DNA of 64,000 nucleotides, from the NCBI RefSeq assembly GCF_009914755.1, contig NC_060927.1. One strand, 5' to 3'. A program made the translations under genes and the position numbers. The first letter of the stretch is position 1; every line of letters begins with the position of its first letter. Source of the stretch: the human T2T-CHM13v2.0 reference genome, Homo sapiens. The notes below the pieces were generated by a model, which saw only the letters and a program-made list of their open reading frames with translations, searched no databases and had not been told where the DNA came from. Shown here piece by piece: positions 56,461-64,000 of this stretch.

Positions 56461-59400
56461 CCATCCTAGTTAGACTGTTTCTCCTCTGGTTTGAGACCAG
56501 GGAGGGGCATACAGGAGCAGGCAGTGCCTGTGTAGTTTGGAGCTTGCCTCTTATGTCCCAGAGTCCAACTGGTAAAGAAATTTTTTGTGCCTTATTATAC
56601 AACACCTATTTCTTAGGCATTTGTGCATTTTAGAGCAATTTTTCAAAATAAAATGCTGCATTTTAGAACTGCCCACAAACTGAAAGAAACAGAAGCTGCT
56701 GTCATTAGGGGGAGATCATGCTTATCGCATAGTCTTCTGGTAATTCTTTAATAAAAATATTTTTAGTACCATTTTATCACTTGCAATCCTTTTATGTCAA
56801 GTTTTCTTTTTTAACTTTTCTGGTTTTACCCTCAGGATTACTGTCAAAATATAGCTAATATATTTAAAGTATATGTGCATTTTTCCTTTGCGTTTCTGTG
56901 TTTTAAATAACAAATGTGATTATGTTTCCAGTTCTACAAAAATATGGTATTTATTTTAAACTTCTTTCAATGAAATGAAGTAAAATAAGACAACATTTTT
57001 CATCTTCTCTGTTTCACACACACATACATACACGACAAACCAACGTTTACTTTAGTTTCAGATTTTCTTATTTCCACAATTTAATTGATACTAGTTACAG
57101 AGGCCTATCATTTAATATAATGTAGTGCTGGTCTAGCATTGTAGTTGGGAATCGTTAATCATAGGACAGTTGAAAGAATGGTAGTGTGGAGATGGCAAGA
57201 AACTTAAATTCAGATTTCAACTCGGAAACTTACTAACAGCATATGGGGCTTTCACCAAAAATTCAATCTCTCTAAACCTCACTTTTCTCACCTACAAATG
57301 GGAACAAATGGGAACATTAATACTTTCCTTATCATGAGGATTACTTCATGTAAACATACCTATTAGCACCTAGCTACTCATATGCTCCCAAGTGTTTATT
57401 GGGTCTGAATTTGAATTTCTTCGGTTCGTGAGTTCATTGTAGTTTTGTTGAGGCTTCGACAAAACTTTAGTACCTTTAGTTGTACTAAAGGTACTCATTT
57501 GAGAGAATGAAAAATAAAATTTCAACTAATGTTTTTTCTTAAAGCTTTTGGGCTATTAACATGCATACTTTATAGAGGGACTGTGATACTATCCACTATC
57601 CAAATATATGAATAGATGGTATAGGGTGATAACAGCCTCTCCTGCATGCAGACTTCTGCAGGCTGGCTCTGCTGCTTTCCGAAGCCTGCCCAAGCAGATG
57701 TAGGCTCTCCTTGCCAGTGCAAGGAGAGGCCCTTTCCAGATTTAAGAACCTGTTGATTTTTGACATTCGTTCCTCATTTTTAATCTGATGCTTCATGATG
57801 GGAATGCCTTTTTGTATTCTTTGTGTTAAGGAATAACAGTGGGCCTTACTTATGGCAGACTCAAGATATTAATGTATAATGACAAACTACTGGAAGCAAC
57901 CTGATCAGTCACCCGTGAAAAACTAGATGGCATGTTATAAGCAATAACCATACGGCCATTAGAAAGAATTCTCTGTACTGATAAGGAAAGCTTTGGGAGT
58001 TGCTGGTGAGGGAAAAAGAAAGCTTTCTGTGGCACCTGCTTGAGAATTGAGAGTCCTGGTAAGGAACCCCACTTGTAGGGGCGGTGTTTCTTTGTGCTCC
58101 CCTCTAGTGATGAGGCTTCTTGGTGAACATAGTTCAGTCTGTCTTGATTATTGGCCTCACACACCTTTGCCAGTTGGAGAGCTATTTTTCACCGCTCATG
58201 ACACGAGAGTACTCTCTGTGTGCATACGCCATGAAAATCCTCAGGTTGGTTTTTTTTTTTGCATTGTTTTGTTTTTTAAATTGTGTTCAGACTGAAGTAA
58301 GGACCCTACCCTTGGGACATAGGATCACTTTTTGCTGTTGTATCTTTCTCCTGTCATTGACCTCAAGGTCTTGTATGGCAGACTCCCTGATCTAGTGCCC
58401 AGCACAATGTCCAGCACACAGTAAACCTTTAATAAATGGGAAGGAACTTTTTTTCTCTCATAATTAAAGGAAACAATTGTAGTTCCCAGCAGGAGCCCTC
58501 AATTCTGACTCTGATTGTTAACTGCCCGTGAATTTGTTCCCTGTAGCCTTCACCCATGATTTATAGAGAGTGTTCTTCCTTTGCCTTTCTTAACCATGCC
58601 AGCTTCGTGTCATGTTCAGAGCTGTGGAGAATTTGACTTGAGCAAGTGGAGAGATTAGGGAGGTGGCGTTTGAAAGGGGAACAGCCAGTTCCCGGGAGAG
58701 TTCCATTGATCCCAGCATATGGGTCTTGGTCTCGCAAGCTCACTCCCTTTGGCTCCGCAGGCAGGCTGAGATGCGCGCCTGCGGCCCACCCTCCCTGTCA
58801 TCAGGTTACCTGTAATGTAAGACTTTTAGAAAAAGGCTGCCAGCTCTGCAGAAATCTAATGCAACCCAGCCAATTGCGTGGCCCTCTGGAATTTAGAGAC
58901 TCTTAAGAATAGCCCATCAAAGGACAAGATGTACAGACAAACTCTTCGATGGTAAATAGGATTTATCAGTTTTCTTTCACAGTGGAAGCACTTCCCCCAT
59001 TAAAGTCTGAGTCTCATCTGGGGCTTGATCTAATCTTACAATTCAGTGGCTGTTAGATTTTATTGGTGAGGGGCAGAAGTCAGTAGCTCGTGCCACTGGT
59101 ACATGTGTTCGTGTTTATCATAACAAGATAATTTTTACTTCTTGCCATAGCTGTTTCATAAATTATGTGAGATGTGTATCAGGTGCCTTTTTGTGCCACT
59201 CCCATGATGAAGAAAATAATAGCATTGAGCATATTAATCTGTTATCTAAACTATTTCTTAGTTCACAGAGTATTGAGGAAGAATGTACTAAATAAAGTGC
59301 TTAGAGATTTTTGGTGATGGTTCAAGTAACTTACCTCTAGGTTTTGGATTTAAAATGAATATTCATTGTAAGGCATGCTTCCGAAGAGTTGTTCCCTCAT

Positions 59401-59986
59401 CCAGAGCAGAATAACTGAATCAGCGTTCTTGCCTGAGTTTTAGATTGACTCTAGGTTAACGTATTCGTGATGAGCCAGTTTAATCTAATCTAAGGCTTAT
59501 CAGCCTCCCATACTATTTTGAGTGATTTGTTCACTGCACCGTGGAGTGTCTATTTAACATTAAACTGATCTTGATTTATTGCATGTGAACATTATAAAAA
59601 CTATTGATTTTAAAAATGAATAATTTAAATAAAGCTTATATTTCTTTTCCTACTACAAAGAGTAACAGCAAAAATCCTCTGCTTTTCCCTTTTCTTCTTT
59701 CTCCCTATTCTTCTCCTCTTCCCGCATTTCTTCTCCCCCTTCTTTCTACTCCCTCCTTCTCTTTTTTTCTTCATTTATGTTATTATTGTTAGTTAATTTG
59801 GTTTTGTAGGTATCATCAGCTACATGGTATCTTTCTTTATTTTTTTTTACTATAGCTTCACTCTTCTCCATAAATTAATATGGAGAACGTGATATATATC
59901 AATCACCGTGGAAATTTTTATCAGGATTAAATTATCACAACCTTTTCATGTAACAAATCACTTTGGTGAATAATAATGGGCTGCTT

Positions 59987-60340
59987 TAGAGGTAGCAAAC
60001 CCAAATGTCATTGGGGTCAGGGAGGTAGCATAAATGAGCCGAATGATAAGTACAGAAACTGTGGCAAAAGAGCTTATATACTGTATCTACAAGGACATCT
60101 GCTTTACAATCCCAGACTGTTGTCACAGGGGAAAGTAGACCTAGTATTAAAATATTTAAAATATTAAATTAATTATCACAATATTAACTCTTAAATATTA
60201 ATTTTTAAAAGAGTAACTAGAAACCTGGGTTTGCATGTAATATCTTCATATCTTAAAATGATGATACTAATTCAAAAAAAAGTTGTAAAACACTACAGGC
60301 CAAACAAAACAGTACACAGGCTGCATGCCATCCTGTGCAA
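59987..60340. mobile_element. MER102-like hAT-Charlie element
   Basis: agaggtagcaaacccaaatg...cataaatgag...actaattcaaa...aaacactacaggccaaacaaaaca. Confidence 0.6.
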
Positions 60341-63300
60341 GGTGTTAATGGTAACAAGGGGAGATTACTAAATGTTTAAATAAATTAATTGGAAGTTAGT
60401 TATTAAAATAACTAAAATAACTGGAATCAGCATCTAAGAGAAAGGTTACTAGTGGGTATATTTTATTCACAAGTAATAATTCTTTATTCCTTTACAAAGT
60501 CATATAGATTAATCTCTTGCTGCATTTAACTAAGCAATACATTATCAGAACATATTTTTCTCAACTTGTTTTCTTACAGCAAATGACCTTTCTGCTTCTC
60601 ATTTTTATATCATTTTATATTTTAAAAATCTAATGGTATGCAGGATTGGATACTTGGAAGTTTATTGTTTGTTTGTTCCTGTGCTTATCATTAGAGAATT
60701 ATGGAACTCTGTAACTTAACTCCTTAAAATTGGCCAAAGTTGCACTCAGAAAAGAGCTTTGAGATTTAAAGGGCTTCTAATCAATTTTCTCAGCTTACTA
60801 ACAGATAGCTTACTTTTAATTGGCACATAGTGTGCCAGAACAAAAATCATCTGATAATTGAAGTATAAAGAGAAAATAATGTCATAAGAACTTTTAATGA
60901 CTCTGGAAAACTATATCATTAAGCTCAAAAGAGATCCCTTAAAATGAATGCAAACTTAAAATCGGCCCTGAGTGATGTGTACCATTTATTGTGGGATTGT
61001 CGCTCTTGGTACATTTCCATACATGAGCTTTGCACATTCTCCTGTTCGCATTCCCCAAATTAGGTTATTTCCATAACGTGACCAAGTCTATGCAATTGTT
61101 CCTACCCGCTTTGGTAAAGGGCCGATGTATGTTTCTCATGAAAAGTACTCAGCAGTTACAGCTGTCATATCGCGAGTAAAACCATATAACTATATATAAA
61201 AACCCCCTGGTTTTATATTAGCAGCAATTGGTATGTCTAGTCAGGTCACTGTGACTGAAAGGAGACTTGAGATAATGTAGCTTTCCAACAACTTCCAATT
61301 CTTCAAAATTAAAGAAGAGTTTATTGTAGAATAGAAAGATAGAAAGATAATTCTTCAGTTCTTTGAAGCCCTGCAGACATTTTGTAGATATGGAATGGTT
61401 TTTAGAATGATGGATCCTGTAATGAGGCACACAGAGGCGTAAAGGTAATGATCTTAGTAGATTTCTCTCTTGTGGTTTTTAGTAATGATCATGACCTTAT
61501 CATTAAGCCCCCCACGTGAAATTTAAAAGAAAATTTGATAGTAGTCAGAGACCCTAGATCTAATTTATTGTGAGGTAAATTAGGGAGGGATTCTGACTTT
61601 ACAGATAGAATGAGACTTCTCATTTTAGTCTGAATTTAATAATGAAGATTCATGTGGGGGAAAAAAAAAACCCTACAACTTGCCACCTTGTTATTGTATC
61701 AGAAAGGCCTGAAAACAGAGCAGGGACCTTAATTGCTAATTGTGTTAGTACCAACCTTTCAAGTTCATTGATTAAATAGGAGTTCCTTCTTGGATTAATG
61801 CCTAAGTTTTTATTTTTGTTTTGCTTCATGTGCTGTTCAGCCAGTATCATCTGCATTGAATCTTATAAAAACTATAATGAATAAGTTGAGGAGACTATTT
61901 CTAAAGACTTTTCCTTTGAGTGGTTTCCAAGTTGTATTAAATAAGAAGACTAATGATTACTTAAGGGTTCTCATTTGAATTTGAGAAGACATCTGACAGG
62001 CTCCTGAGGAGTGTGACTCATTAAGTAGAATACGGGACTCAGAAGGACAACTTTGGGGTACTAACAAGCTATATGAACTGGGGCAGGTCTTTTGTCTCTG
62101 TCTGTATGTTAAATGAGTATTATAATTTTTACTTGGCAAGATTGCTGTGAGGCTTAATTAAAGTTTATAAAGTGCTTTGGGAGCCTGAGAGATGAAGCTC
62201 TAAAAACATAATATGTTATTATCTCATCCTGGATTTTTGTTTTTAGATTTACTTGCTTGAATCTGTATCATAACGATGCTTACAATTCAGGCAGTTTTCT
62301 GAGGTTTTTTATTTCTACAAAGACATGAAATAAAATAACATAAATATATAAGTCCCTAGACATTCATATGGGATGAAAAAATTACACATAATTTTTTTCT
62401 GATGTAAAAGAGTTTCTTCTTAAAAAATGTTTAATTGAATCTTATATCTGTTAACCAGCTTTATTTTTTTAAAAGCATTTCAGTGTTTTATTCGTAACAT
62501 TTTTGCAGAACCAGTAAAAAGTTTTAAAATGCAGTCATCTTTACTGGGTCATGAGAAGAAAAATTTACTCCATTTAAAAAATGTAAATACTTATTTAAAT
62601 GTAAATAAATATGCGCATTTAGATATATATAAATATAAATATATTACTCCAATTGAATAACAATGGAATTAATTTACAGTAATTAGAATTTGATAATTTG
62701 GGCTTGAAAGATATTCCTTTCTTCTATCTTTCTGCCTTACTTTTTTCTTCTACTGTGTGTTCATTTGAGATTTTCATATTTATAAAATATAAAAATGTAT
62801 ATAGAGCCCTGGAGTTAATATAAATTGCCTTGAAAATTCTTTTTATTCCTACTTTGTATTCTTGAAAGAAAAATCATGTTTTCCCATAAGAACAGTGTCA
62901 TAATTATGGATAAAATTTCTGACCAAGCTATTGTCATCAAGTAAGTAATAGATATGTTTAACTCTATGTCATAAAAGCAAAGCTATTACCACCATAAGCC
63001 AGTATAATTATTGGAAATAACAAAATGATTCTCATTGTCATATAAACTTTGCTTAAATATTTTATATGCCTTGACATATATGTATTAAGTTTACTTATAA
63101 AATGTTATTTTTATAAACTTATCTAGAACTGACTGCTATTATAATAAATACTTTTAACATTTTGACATGCCATAATTTTGATCCATTTCATGGGGAATAA
63201 TTTGAGAAGCCTATGTTTCTCAAAATTTTCGTAGGAAAATTAGAATGGATACTTGTATAATATATTCCTGTTACTAGGAATGATGCTTAAAAAAATTCTA

Positions 63301-63938
63301 TAGTGTAGGTCAGTCTTCATTTTAAGCAATTGAATCCATTTTTAATGATATTACTTAAGAATTTTGCTTGTAAGAAAAAAAACTGTATCTGATTGAATTT
63401 GAAAATGTAGTTTTGGAGTGTATTTACTCTTCCTGCCTGATACCCCACTCCCCAAAACAGAGTAGTCTTGAGGAAATAAAAGGTCCTCAAAGGCAGCTAG
63501 ATATGAGAAGAGTTTGAATTGCTAATGGGGAAACTTCTAGACCTTTGCCTTGATGTTAGAAAAGGAATTTGAGAACATGATTTATGTGTTAGACCCAGAG
63601 TTTGTCTTTAAACACAATTCAAGTTTATCACCTTTCTTATAACCTTTCTATACAAAACCATGGATTTAGTGAATAAAGCATTTGGAAGACGGTGGATAGT
63701 TGATAGATAAAGCAGATTGACCAACATGTAAAAATAGAAAGTGTTTTCATAGTAGGAATTTGGAATAACTTTTTCTATATTCCCATAGTTAGAATGGATG
63801 CCTAGAAAATGTATCCTTATTGTGATGATTAAAAATCTCTTTTTGAACTAAGACACGTAAGATAGTAACCTCTTTCTGCTTTGCTTATTCTCCCACCCAG
63901 GCTGTGTTGAAGTTATATAAGTATAAGCAAATGTGCAC

Positions 63939-64000
63939 TTTTTTTTTAAATTTTATTATTATTATACTTTAAGTTCTAGGGTACATGTGCACAATGTGCA
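63939..64000 (-). mobile_element. 3' end of primate L1 (L1PA), continuing beyond the window
   Basis: T-tract then attattatactttaagttctagggtacatgtgcacaatgtgca, the reverse complement of the L1PA 3' terminus. Confidence 0.92.

Overview
Human (primate) genomic DNA from inside TP63, gene on the + strand. The window starts in the large intron 3 downstream of the TA-specific exons. It contains the internal P2 (DeltaNp63) promoter (three reverse CCAAT boxes, GC box, TATA at about 34.14-34.29 kb), the DeltaN-specific first exon 3' (coding 34449-34490, MLYLENNAQTQFSE) and the shared 255-nt exon 4 (52922-53176), and it ends in intron 4. The rest is intronic, with a nested LTR/DNA-transposon cluster at 2.3-7.1 kb (MER1B inside MER50; a complete THE1 inside a MER4-group LTR), about 11 Alus or Alu fragments, MIR/L2/hAT fossils and the 3' end of an L1PA at the right edge. 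All other ORFs in the track look like repeat-derived or chance ORFs. I see no convincing new gene system. The best leads are a promoter-like element with a strong splice donor about 1 kb downstream of exon 3' that could give a Met26-initiated p63, the start-codon arrangement around Met26, a YY1/CTCF-like CpG patch 3 kb upstream of P2, three tandem duplications around exon 4, and inverted templated-insertion scars in two Alus. Repeat family names come from recalled consensus sequences, not from a RepeatMasker run.
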